A DNA stretch of 52,527 nt from an uncultured Geothermobacter sp. (GTDB lineage: Bacteria > Desulfobacterota > Desulfuromonadia > Desulfuromonadales > Geothermobacteraceae): the NCBI GenBank assembly GCA_964441925.1, contig CAYTVY010000002.1:1-52527 (forward strand), written 5' to 3'. Positions 1-7,772 of the stretch are shown piece by piece. A model generated the notes under the pieces. It searched no databases, was not told the origin of the DNA, and saw nothing but the letters and a program-made list of their open reading frames with translations. Numbering within the stretch: position 1 is the stretch's first letter; every line of letters starts with the position of its first letter. The translations under genes and the position numbers were made by a program.

Positions 1-665
1 TTGAAGCGGCGAAAGGTCGCCTCCCGCCGCAGGGCATCGACAACCTGCCAGTCCCCACCCGCCGTCCGCCGGAAATACTTGCGGCGCAGATTTTCCGGCA
101 GCTGGGACAGCGACTCGTCGCTGTAGCGGCCCTCGCGGGCCACGGCGAGGGCCCGGCTGGAGATGTCGGTGGCGAGAATGCCGGCCTGCCAGTTGCCGTA
201 ATCACTGCCCAGCACCTCGTGCATCAGCATCAGCAGCATGTAGGCTTCTTCGCCGGTCGAACAGCCGGCGCACCAGATGCGCAGGTCGAACCGCCGCTCA
301 CTCCGCAGGCGCTCGATCACAGACGGCAGGGCGGTTGTCCGGAAATATTCGAAATGGTCGTTCTCCCGGTTGAAGAAGGTATGATTGGTCGAGATGTGAT
401 CGACCAGCTCGCCCAGCGCCTTCTCCGAACGGTCCTGCTGCAGATAGGCAAAGTAGTCGGCAAAAGTGGCGAAACCCCGCTTGCGCAACAGCTTCTGCAG
501 CCGGCCGGCCACCAGCGACTTCTTCTGTTCGGTCAGGTTGATGCCGAACCGCTCGTAGACCAGGGTCCGGATCGCCTGAAATTCCTCGTCGGTGATGGTG
601 AGCAGCCCGATGCCGGTTCCGGCGGACCCGGGAGACGTGCAGTCAGGGATCGTACCAAGAAGCAT
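1..665 (-). CDS. cheR: Chemotaxis protein-glutamate methyltransferase CheR (3' end runs off the window)
   Basis: Not in the ORF track. Translated by hand from ATG at 665 behind an AGGAGG RBS: MLLGT...ITDEEFQAIRTLVYERFGINLTEQKKSLVAGRLQK...TNHTFFNRENDHF...RIWCAGCSTGEEAY...ILATDIS. These are typical CheR motifs; the gene follows cheW. Confidence 0.95.
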   Translation of the reverse strand, partial: MLLGTIPDCTSPGSAGTGIGLLTITDEEFQAIRTLVYERFGINLTEQKKSLVAGRLQKLLRKRGFATFADYFAYLQQDRSEKALGELVDHISTNHTFFNRENDHFEYFRTTALPSVIERLRSERRFDLRIWCAGCSTGEEAYMLLMLMHEVLGSDYGNWQAGILATDISSRALAVAREGRYSDESLSQLPENLRRKYFRRTAGGDWQVVDALRREATFRRF

Positions 666-694
666 GACATCCTCCTGCCCGGCCGTATCGACGT

Positions 695-1204
695 TCATTC
701 AGCGCCTTTCTGTCTGAATCTTTCCATTTCCTCGCTGTAGAGCAGACGCCGGACATCGAGCAGAATCTTCACCTGGTCGCCGATCTTGCCCATGCCGAGA
801 ATGTACTGGCTGCTTTCCGACTTGGTCCGCGGCGGCGGCTCGATGTCCTTGTCGGGGATGTCGACCACCTCGTTAACCCGGTCGACGACCAGCCCCACCG
901 TCTTGTCATCGACATTGACCACGACGATGCAGGTCCGCTCCTCATAGGGCTTTTCCGGCAGCCGGAAGCGCAAACGCACGTCCATCACCGGAATCACGTT
1001 GCCACGCAGATTGATCACGCCCCGGATGAATTCGGGCAGGTCCGGCACGTCGGTAATCGTCTGAATGCCGATGATCTCGGTCACGTGCCGGATCTCGATG
1101 CCATAGTCCTCGTCGGCGATGTGGAAGGTCAGATACTTGCCCTTCAGTCCGTCGACCACCTCCCCGGTGTTCTCCAGATCCATCGCTACAACCGTATTTT
1201 CCAT
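695..1204 (-). CDS. cheW: Chemotaxis coupling protein CheW
   Basis: Motifs YLTF...YGIEIRHVTEII...VPDLPEFIRGVINLRGNVIPVMDVRLRF...VGLVVDRVNEV. Start at MENTVV behind an AAGGAG RBS. Confidence 0.95.
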   Translation of the reverse strand: MENTVVAMDLENTGEVVDGLKGKYLTFHIADEDYGIEIRHVTEIIGIQTITDVPDLPEFIRGVINLRGNVIPVMDVRLRFRLPEKPYEERTCIVVVNVDDKTVGLVVDRVNEVVDIPDKDIEPPPRTKSESSQYILGMGKIGDQVKILLDVRRLLYSEEMERFRQKGAE

Positions 1205-1240
1205 GCTCTGACTCCTTTGCTCGCGATTGAACAACCATGA

Positions 1241-3856
1241 TCAGCCGGCTTGGGAATAGACCTGCTCCGGCTCGAGTTCGACGCAGTTTCCTTCCTCGAC
1301 CAGGTCGATCATGCTGCCGACGTCGAGGATCAGACAGACATCGCCGTTGCCGAGAATGGTGCAGCCGGCGGCGACATCGACGTTGCCGAGATAGTCGGAC
1401 AACCCCTTGATCACCGTCTGCTGCTGACCGAGGATCTCGTCGACCAGCAGGCAGATGCGATCGCCCTGATGTTCGAGCACCACCAGAACCCCTTCCTCGA
1501 GATGCCGTGAATCAGGCTCGACATCGAGCACCCGGTGCAGGCGCAGAATGGGGATGAAATTCTCCCGCACCCGCACCAGTTCCTGGCCGTCGGGGGTGTG
1601 GGTGAGATTTTCGAGCAGCGGCCGGAAGATCTCGCGCACCGCCAGCAGCGGCAGGATGCAGCGGGTGCCGCCGACCCGCACCATCAGACCGTCGATGATC
1701 GCCAGGGTGAGCGGGATGCGCAGCTTGATGGTCGTGCCCTCGCCCGGTTTGCTGTAGACCTCGATCTTGCCGCGGATCTTTTCCAGATTCTGCCGCACCA
1801 CGTCCATGCCGACGCCGCGGCCGGAAATGTCGGTGATCTTTTCGGCGGTGGAAAATCCCGGCTGGAAGATCAGGTTGTAGACGGCCCGGTCGCTCATCTC
1901 GCTGCCGTCCCCCTCGATCAGCCCCTTGTCGATCGCCTTGGCCAGAATCTTCTCCCGGTCGAGTCCCCGGCCGTCGTCCTCGACGATGATCCAGACCTCC
2001 CCCTCCTCGTGCCTGGCGCTCAGTTTCAGCCGCCCCTTCTCCGGCTTGCCGGCCGCCAGACGCTCCTCCGGCGACTCGAGGCCGTGATCGAGGGAATTGC
2101 GCAGCAGGTGGACCAGCGGATCGGAGATCTGCTCGATGACCGTCTTGTCGACTTCGGTCTCCTCGCCCTCGAGTTCGAACTCGACCTTCTTGCCGGTCTT
2201 GTTCGACAGGTCGTGCACCAGCCGTATCATGCGCCGGAAGAGACCGGAGACCGGGATCATCCGGATGACCATCGCCATCTCCTGCAGTTCGCGCACGATC
2301 TTGCTCATCTGCTGGCTGGCCTTGCTGAAATTCTCCAGCTCCAGCCCCTCGAGATCGGGGCTGTGCACCAGCATGTTCTCGGCGATGACCATCTCGCCGA
2401 TCAGGTTGATCAGCTTGTCGAGCTTTTCCAGGTCGACACGGATATCCTGGCGCTTGGCCTGCACCGGTGGTTTCTTGACCGCCTGCACCGGCCGCGCCGG
2501 CTGGGATTTGGCCGGCTGTTTGGCCGGCGCCTGAGCCGGCGTCTTCTCCTCCTGTCGGGGAAGGTTCCTTTCGGCCTCCGCCTCGGCCTTGCGCCGTTCC
2601 TGCTCCTCTTCCGCCAGCGCCTTGTCGATCTGTTCGCGGGTGGCGATCTCGCAGCCGACCAGGGCATCGACCAGCGGCCGGGTCTTGGTGCGCATCAGGG
2701 TCGCCATGGTCCCCATGGCGACCACCCCGCGACGCACGAGAATATCGGCCAGTCTCAGCTCTTCCGGATCGGGGAGCGGCGTGTCCGGCACTTTTTCTTC
2801 GCTGGATCGCTTCTCCTCCAGGGCCTTTTCCAGCGCCCGTCCGAGTTCCTCCATGCCGGAAACGTCCTCCTGTTCGCCGGCCGCCACCAGCGCCAGTGAC
2901 TTGCGCAGGGCATCGACGCACTGCAGCAGTACCTCGGCCGGCGGCCCGCCTGCGAAGACATGCCCCTGGCGGGCGGCATCGAGCACCGATTCCATCTGGT
3001 GCGCCAGCTGCTCCATCTGGGCGTAGCCGGCAAAACCACAGTTGCCCTTGAAACTGTGAATGCTGCGAAACAGCTCCCCGATCAGCTCCCTGTCCTCAGG
3101 GGCCTTCTCCCAGGCCAGCACCAGTTCCTCGGTACTGTTGAGCAGCTCCTCTCCCTCTTCCACGAACTTACCGAGGAATTCGTCACCGCCCAGGCCACCG
3201 GCCACGGCAGCGGCCCCGCCGGCAGCCGCAGGCGGCGGAGACTGTCCGGACGAGCCGGCGGCCTTCTGCCTAGCGGTCTCGATGGCGCGCCCCAGCTCAC
3301 CGGCAATCGCCCGGCCGGCCTCGGCCACCTCTTCGTCGTTATAGTTCGCCTCGATGTAGTCGAGGGCCTCGCGGGCGAAGTCGCAGGTCTTGCAGAGCAG
3401 ATCGACGTGCTCCTCCTCGAGCATGATCTTGCCCGAGCGGATCAGATCGAGCAGGTTCTCGGCCTGATGGGCGACATGAGCGACATTGTCGAACTCGAGA
3501 AAACCGGCACTTCCCTTCATCGAATGGAAGAGACGGAAAATGGCGTTCATGGTTTCGGCATCACCGTTGGTCAGGATGAAGACCTGGCAACTCCGGCACT
3601 CACTTTCGTTTTCGGCGAAAACGCATCTGCGGGCGCCATCGCCGACGTAGCCTTCGTCGAGCCAGCAGGCGGTCGGCAGTGACCTGCCATGACGGGGGCA
3701 GGCTGCGTTGGAGCAAGCCATGACCGACCAGCAGTCGACTTTTTGACAGCTCTGTCCCAGTTCGATGATGGTCGGCTCGAGATTGTCGAGCATGTCGCGG
3801 CTTTCCTGGATGAAGTCGTTGATGATTTCAATCTGGTCGTCGGTCAGCTGGCTCAT
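1241..3856 (-). CDS. cheA: Chemotaxis histidine kinase CheA with two Hpt domains, a Cys-rich insertion and an MshEN-like segment
   Basis: Hpt motifs FHSMKG and IHSFKG; dimerisation IRVDLEKLDKLINLIGEMVI; HATPase HLLRNSLDHG, DDGRG, GFSTA, SGRGVGMD; C-terminal CheW-like P5. Start MSQL behind GAGGAG. Confidence 0.96.
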   Translation of the reverse strand: MSQLTDDQIEIINDFIQESRDMLDNLEPTIIELGQSCQKVDCWSVMACSNAACPRHGRSLPTACWLDEGYVGDGARRCVFAENESECRSCQVFILTNGDAETMNAIFRLFHSMKGSAGFLEFDNVAHVAHQAENLLDLIRSGKIMLEEEHVDLLCKTCDFAREALDYIEANYNDEEVAEAGRAIAGELGRAIETARQKAAGSSGQSPPPAAAGGAAAVAGGLGGDEFLGKFVEEGEELLNSTEELVLAWEKAPEDRELIGELFRSIHSFKGNCGFAGYAQMEQLAHQMESVLDAARQGHVFAGGPPAEVLLQCVDALRKSLALVAAGEQEDVSGMEELGRALEKALEEKRSSEEKVPDTPLPDPEELRLADILVRRGVVAMGTMATLMRTKTRPLVDALVGCEIATREQIDKALAEEEQERRKAEAEAERNLPRQEEKTPAQAPAKQPAKSQPARPVQAVKKPPVQAKRQDIRVDLEKLDKLINLIGEMVIAENMLVHSPDLEGLELENFSKASQQMSKIVRELQEMAMVIRMIPVSGLFRRMIRLVHDLSNKTGKKVEFELEGEETEVDKTVIEQISDPLVHLLRNSLDHGLESPEERLAAGKPEKGRLKLSARHEEGEVWIIVEDDGRGLDREKILAKAIDKGLIEGDGSEMSDRAVYNLIFQPGFSTAEKITDISGRGVGMDVVRQNLEKIRGKIEVYSKPGEGTTIKLRIPLTLAIIDGLMVRVGGTRCILPLLAVREIFRPLLENLTHTPDGQELVRVRENFIPILRLHRVLDVEPDSRHLEEGVLVVLEHQGDRICLLVDEILGQQQTVIKGLSDYLGNVDVAAGCTILGNGDVCLILDVGSMIDLVEEGNCVELEPEQVYSQAG

Positions 3857-3988
3857 GGCTCCTCGCCTTTCCATTCCTCTTGGCAACCGGTGGAGGACGC
3901 ATATTTCATGACTTCATTACGGAGCGGCCGGTCCGTCTCCCGGCCGTGACAGTCGGGTCCGTCAGCGGACGATGGCCTGTCACCTCTC

Positions 3989-4015
3989 ATATCGGTTCAA
4001 AACCGGCAGGCTTTA
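3989..4015 (-). promoter_or_regulatory. Sigma28 (FliA)-type promoter for cheA-cheW-cheR
   Basis: Minus strand reads TAAA-N15-ACCGATAT, about 130 nt upstream of cheA. Confidence 0.7.
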
Positions 4016-4076
4016 ACCGTTTTCCCTTCATCCGAAACATGTGCCCCCTTCCCGCCCCCCGGAAGATCTTCAGGCT

Positions 4077-4090
4077 GTCAAAAGTCCGAC
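4077..4090. promoter_or_regulatory. Putative FleQ/FlrA-like enhancer box
   Basis: GTCAAAAGTCCGAC (GTC-N8-GAC), upstream of the sigma54 promoter at 4151. A similar box lies at 17308. Confidence 0.45.
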
Positions 4091-4150
4091 CACATCCGGC
4101 GGCACATCGGCAACCTCGATATTTATTCTGTAATTTCACAGTGTTGCGAC

Positions 4151-4167
4151 TTGGCACACGAATGGCA
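4151..4167 (+). promoter_or_regulatory. Sigma54 (RpoN) -24/-12 promoter for the TPR-flgBC-fli operon
   Basis: TTGGCACACGAATGGCA has GG-N10-GC spacing and lies about 30 nt before the first gene. Confidence 0.75.
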
Positions 4168-4195
4168 TACCCCAGGGCCGGGAGATTTTCCGACC

Positions 4196-6583
4196 ATGAG
4201 ACATCCACTCGAACGTCCCAGATTCGCCCGGATGACGGTGGTGCTGCTGACCGCCATTCACCTGATGGCCGGCTCCGTCCGGGCCGCCGATACGCCGCCG
4301 GTCCTGACCGGCATCGAGGCGAGCGGCACTCCAGCCTCGACCCGGCTGGTGCTCGATTTCAACCGCATCCCCAACTACCGGCTGAAACGGTCGGGACAGA
4401 AAATCGAGATCCGGCTGGCCGGCACGGTCGCCGGCGACGGCATCCGGCGGCTGCCCGAAGACGACAAGATCGTCAAGGTACTGCTGGCACGCGACCGCGA
4501 CAGCCTGATCGTCTCCTGCCTGCTGCGGCGGATCCCCGGGAACGTGGTCGCCACCCCCGACATCCGTCTGCACCGGCTCTACGTCGACATCCGGTGGAAC
4601 AAGGATTCCGGCGTCCGTCCCGCCATCGTCTTCGATCTTCCCGGCATGCCAGGTTTCCGGAAAAAGGGGGTCGAGCTGAAGACATCCGGTGCCGCCAGCT
4701 CGGTCTGGAGCGGCAACTGGCGCGGCTTCCTGCGGGCCTCGCACACGCCGGTCTTCATCGATGTCCGGCCACGCTGGACCTTCCCCTATCTGTCGCCTCC
4801 GGCATCCCTGGATGACGACTGGCGAAGCGCCTACATCGAGACCGACTGGCAACGCCTGAGCACCCTGCCGCGGGAGAACCTCGGCGAAGCGGAACAGCTG
4901 GTGCTTCTCGAGACCTTCCTCCGGCTGGGCCGCTATGAGGACGCCGAACGGGAAAACCTGGTGCTGCAGCAACGCGAACGGCCGAAGGACAATGATCGTC
5001 GTCTCTACCTGCAGGCCCAGCTGCAGCTGCACACCGGCAGAATCTTCGATGCCCGGGTCAGTCTCGAACAGATGGTCGACCCGTCCGAGGAACTCCGGCT
5101 GTCGGCCACCCTGCTGCAGGCCGAGACGGCCATCGCCCTCGATCGTCCGCAAGAGGCCGCCGGCATCCTGCAGACGCTCGAGGTTCCCCTCCCCCGGGAT
5201 CTGGCGCAAAGGATGGAACAGCGACGGATCGACGCCATGGTCCTCGCCGGCCGAAACGAAGAGGCGGTCGGCGCTTACCTCAAACTCGGCTCCCAACTCG
5301 ACCGGGCCCCCTTCAGCCTGGCCCAGCTGGCCCGGGCGGCCCAGCTGGCCCGGCGCCCCGATGTCGCCGAGTCGGCCTTCGCCCGGCTCGCCCGGCTGCC
5401 GGAACTGCCACGTGAGCAACGCCTGCTGGCCCGCTTCGCCGCCCTGACCGTCAACAGGACACCGGAGCAGATCATCGCCGCCTTCGACGAACTGCAGCAA
5501 ATCCGCTGGCTCGCCCCCGACTCCGAAGCCGCCAGACGCGTGGTGCTGCGCCTGACCGACATCATGGCCCCGGCCGACAATCCGGTCGGGCTCGAACGTC
5601 AACTCGCGGACTATCTCGAAATCGCCGGGCAGGCGAACCTGCTCGATCTGCGGCTCGAGGCGGCGCTGAAGGCCGCCGTCCTGCTCCACCTGAGCCGGGA
5701 CGACCGGGCGGCGGTGAGCCAGCTCGAACGCATCGTCCGGCAGTTTCACCGGGGACGGTTGCGGCGGGATGCACTCGCCCTGCTGGCCGAGCTCCTGCCG
5801 GGGACCATCGACGACTACCTGGCCACCGGTGAAACGGTCAAGGCCCTGGCCCTGGTCGAACGCCACCGCAGTCTGCTGATTCAGCAGTACATGTCGTGGA
5901 ACTTTCTCTCCACCGTCGCCAATGCCTTCAACAGACTCGATCTGCTCGAGCGTGCCAACCGCATTTTTCTCTTCCTCTACGACCGGGCCCAGACTCCGGA
6001 GCGCAGGGGAGAGGCCTGTCTTGCCCTGGCGGCAAACTACCAGCGGCTCGGCGAGCCGACCCTGGTCATCGAGTATGCGCAAAGAGCCGCGAAGCTGCTG
6101 AAAAATCCCGCCGCCCGGGGACGGGCCTTCACCCTGCAGCTCATCGCCCGGAGCCGGCTCGAGTCGGCGTCGTCGGCCCTGGCCTGGCTGGAAAAACAGA
6201 CCGACCTGCCGGACAGTCCCCCCCTGCTGCGGGCCGCCGCCGATCTCTACTGGCAAACCGCCGGCTACGAGCGTGTCGCCGAACTGCTGCAGCAGCTCGA
6301 GGGCAGGGACGGGCTCACCCCGAGCGACAGACTGCGCCTGGCCGAGGCCTGCTATCGCGCCGACAAGCCGGAGCAGGCCCTGCGCCATTTTCGCCGGCTG
6401 ATGAAGGAAAAACGGTTCACCGCCCAGGCCAGCTACCGGATCGGCTGCCTCCTGATCCGCCAGAAGAAGACCGCCGAAGGCACCGAACTGCTGCGACGGC
6501 TGGCCGAATCGGCAACCTCTTCGGATCTGTGGAAGCGGCTGGCAGCCAACAGGCTGCGCGAACTGAACGAACTGACCCTCTAG
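4196..6583 (+). CDS. Exported protein with an N-terminal AMIN-like beta region and long TPR-like helical repeats; flagellar-operon associated
   Basis: Signal-peptide-like N-terminus (MTVVLLTAIHLMAGSVRA); TRLVLDFNRIPNY beta segment; Ala/Leu-rich helical repeats. Start moved to ATG 4196 because the ORF-track start overlaps the sigma54 promoter. Confidence 0.75.
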   Translation: MRHPLERPRFARMTVVLLTAIHLMAGSVRAADTPPVLTGIEASGTPASTRLVLDFNRIPNYRLKRSGQKIEIRLAGTVAGDGIRRLPEDDKIVKVLLARDRDSLIVSCLLRRIPGNVVATPDIRLHRLYVDIRWNKDSGVRPAIVFDLPGMPGFRKKGVELKTSGAASSVWSGNWRGFLRASHTPVFIDVRPRWTFPYLSPPASLDDDWRSAYIETDWQRLSTLPRENLGEAEQLVLLETFLRLGRYEDAERENLVLQQRERPKDNDRRLYLQAQLQLHTGRIFDARVSLEQMVDPSEELRLSATLLQAETAIALDRPQEAAGILQTLEVPLPRDLAQRMEQRRIDAMVLAGRNEEAVGAYLKLGSQLDRAPFSLAQLARAAQLARRPDVAESAFARLARLPELPREQRLLARFAALTVNRTPEQIIAAFDELQQIRWLAPDSEAARRVVLRLTDIMAPADNPVGLERQLADYLEIAGQANLLDLRLEAALKAAVLLHLSRDDRAAVSQLERIVRQFHRGRLRRDALALLAELLPGTIDDYLATGETVKALALVERHRSLLIQQYMSWNFLSTVANAFNRLDLLERANRIFLFLYDRAQTPERRGEACLALAANYQRLGEPTLVIEYAQRAAKLLKNPAARGRAFTLQLIARSRLESASSALAWLEKQTDLPDSPPLLRAAADLYWQTAGYERVAELLQQLEGRDGLTPSDRLRLAEACYRADKPEQALRHFRRLMKEKRFTAQASYRIGCLLIRQKKTAEGTELLRRLAESATSSDLWKRLAANRLRELNELTL

Positions 6584-6592
6584 GAGACGACC

Positions 6593-6976
6593 ATGCCGGG
6601 ACCACTGCTGTTCGACAAGAGTTTCGCCACCCTGCAGAAGGTGATCGCCTTGCGGCAGAAACGGCAGCAGGTGATCGCCAGCAACATTGCCAATTCCGAA
6701 ACCCCCGGTTACCACCCCCGGCGGCTGGAATTCGAATCCGAGCTGCAAGGCGCCCTGACGAGCCGGGGACGGATCAAGCGGACCGATCCCCGCCATTTCG
6801 GCTCCGGCGGTGACGTCAGGCGCATCGCCGGCCGGGTGCGTACCGAAAAGGACGCCGTGAACGTCGATCAGGAAATGGTCATCCTGGCGGAGAACCAGAT
6901 CCTCTACGAGGCGGCGGTCCAGGCCCTGAACAAGAAACTCGGATTGCTCAAATATGTCGCCCAGGGAGGCCGTTGA
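6593..6976 (+). CDS. flgB: Flagellar basal-body rod protein FlgB
   Basis: RQQVIASNIANSETPGY; VNVDQEM...AENQILY. Confidence 0.95.
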   Translation: MPGPLLFDKSFATLQKVIALRQKRQQVIASNIANSETPGYHPRRLEFESELQGALTSRGRIKRTDPRHFGSGGDVRRIAGRVRTEKDAVNVDQEMVILAENQILYEAAVQALNKKLGLLKYVAQGGR

Positions 6977-6991
6977 CAGGGAGAGTGAGAA

Positions 6992-7423
6992 ATGAACGTT
7001 TTCGACACCATGAAAATCGGCGCCTCGGCACTGAAGGCGCAGCGCATCCGGCTCAACGTCATCAGCGCCAATCTGGCCAACGTCGAGACCACCCGCACCC
7101 CGGAAGGCGGCCCCTACCGCAAACGCAACGTCGTTTTCCGTTCGAGTCCCCTCGACTTCGGCCGCCGGCTCGACCGGGTGACCAGACAGGCCGTGCAGGG
7201 GGTCGAGGTTCCGGCCATCGTCGCCAGCAGCCGCCCGCCCCGCATGGTGTACGAACCGGGCCATCCCGACGCCGACGAGAACGGCTACGTCGCCAAGCCG
7301 GACATCAATCCGGTCGAGGAGATGACCGACATGCTGGCGGCGACCAAGGCCTACGAAGCGAACGCCAACGTCATCAAGGCGGCCAAGCGCATGGCCCTCA
7401 AGGCCCTTGAAATCGGCCGCTGA
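6992..7423 (+). CDS. flgC: Flagellar basal-body rod protein FlgC
   Basis: RLNVISANLANVETT...GPYRKR...YEPGHPDAD...EEMTDM...YEAN. Confidence 0.97.
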   Translation: MNVFDTMKIGASALKAQRIRLNVISANLANVETTRTPEGGPYRKRNVVFRSSPLDFGRRLDRVTRQAVQGVEVPAIVASSRPPRMVYEPGHPDADENGYVAKPDINPVEEMTDMLAATKAYEANANVIKAAKRMALKALEIGR

Positions 7424-7440
7424 TGCCCGACGGAGGTCAG

Positions 7441-7749
7441 ATGATGAACGGAATCCAGTTCAATAGCCGTTTTCCGGCACCGAAGATCGGCCAGACCGCC
7501 GGCCCCGCCGGCGGGGCCGGCGGTCTGGCCGCCGATTTCGGCAAGGCCCTGGGAGAGCTCATCGAACGGACCAACAGTCTGCAACAGCAGGCCGACCAGG
7601 CGGCCGGCAAGCTGCAGAGCGGCGGCGATATCAGCCTGCCAGACGTGATGCTCAGCATGGAACAGGCGGACATCTCCATGCGTCTGCTGGTGCAGATGCG
7701 CAACAAGGTGATCGAGGCCTACCAGGAAATCATGCGCATGCAGGTTTGA
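7441..7749 (+). CDS. fliE: Flagellar hook-basal body protein FliE
   Basis: C-terminal VQMRNKVIEAYQEIMRMQV. Start at 7441 or 7444 behind GGAGG. Confidence 0.95.
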   Translation: MMNGIQFNSRFPAPKIGQTAGPAGGAGGLAADFGKALGELIERTNSLQQQADQAAGKLQSGGDISLPDVMLSMEQADISMRLLVQMRNKVIEAYQEIMRMQV

Positions 7750-7772
7750 GAATCGAAGGAGGTTGACGACAG

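Noticed and set aside
219-740. Plus-strand 173-aa ORF
   Set aside because: Antisense to cheR, which the ORF track missed because it runs off the window.
1512-2921. Long same-strand alternative-frame ORFs rich in Arg/Gly/Pro (also 13107-14654 and 15624-17465)
   Set aside because: Composition is typical of off-frame reading of high-GC genes.
4151-4195. Upstream TTG start for the TPR gene; similar N-terminal extensions on fliP, fliW, fliC and the ORFs at 12674, 28410, 43260 and 49412
   Set aside because: The extensions overlap promoters or upstream genes; downstream ATGs with an RBS or a coupled stop fit better.
4136-7264. 1042-aa minus-strand ORF and other long antisense ORFs (10852-12372, 24143-26404, 29447-31798, 35163-37298, 38525-40015)
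   Set aside because: Antisense shadows of well-supported genes, expected from GC-rich codon bias; no recognisable motifs.
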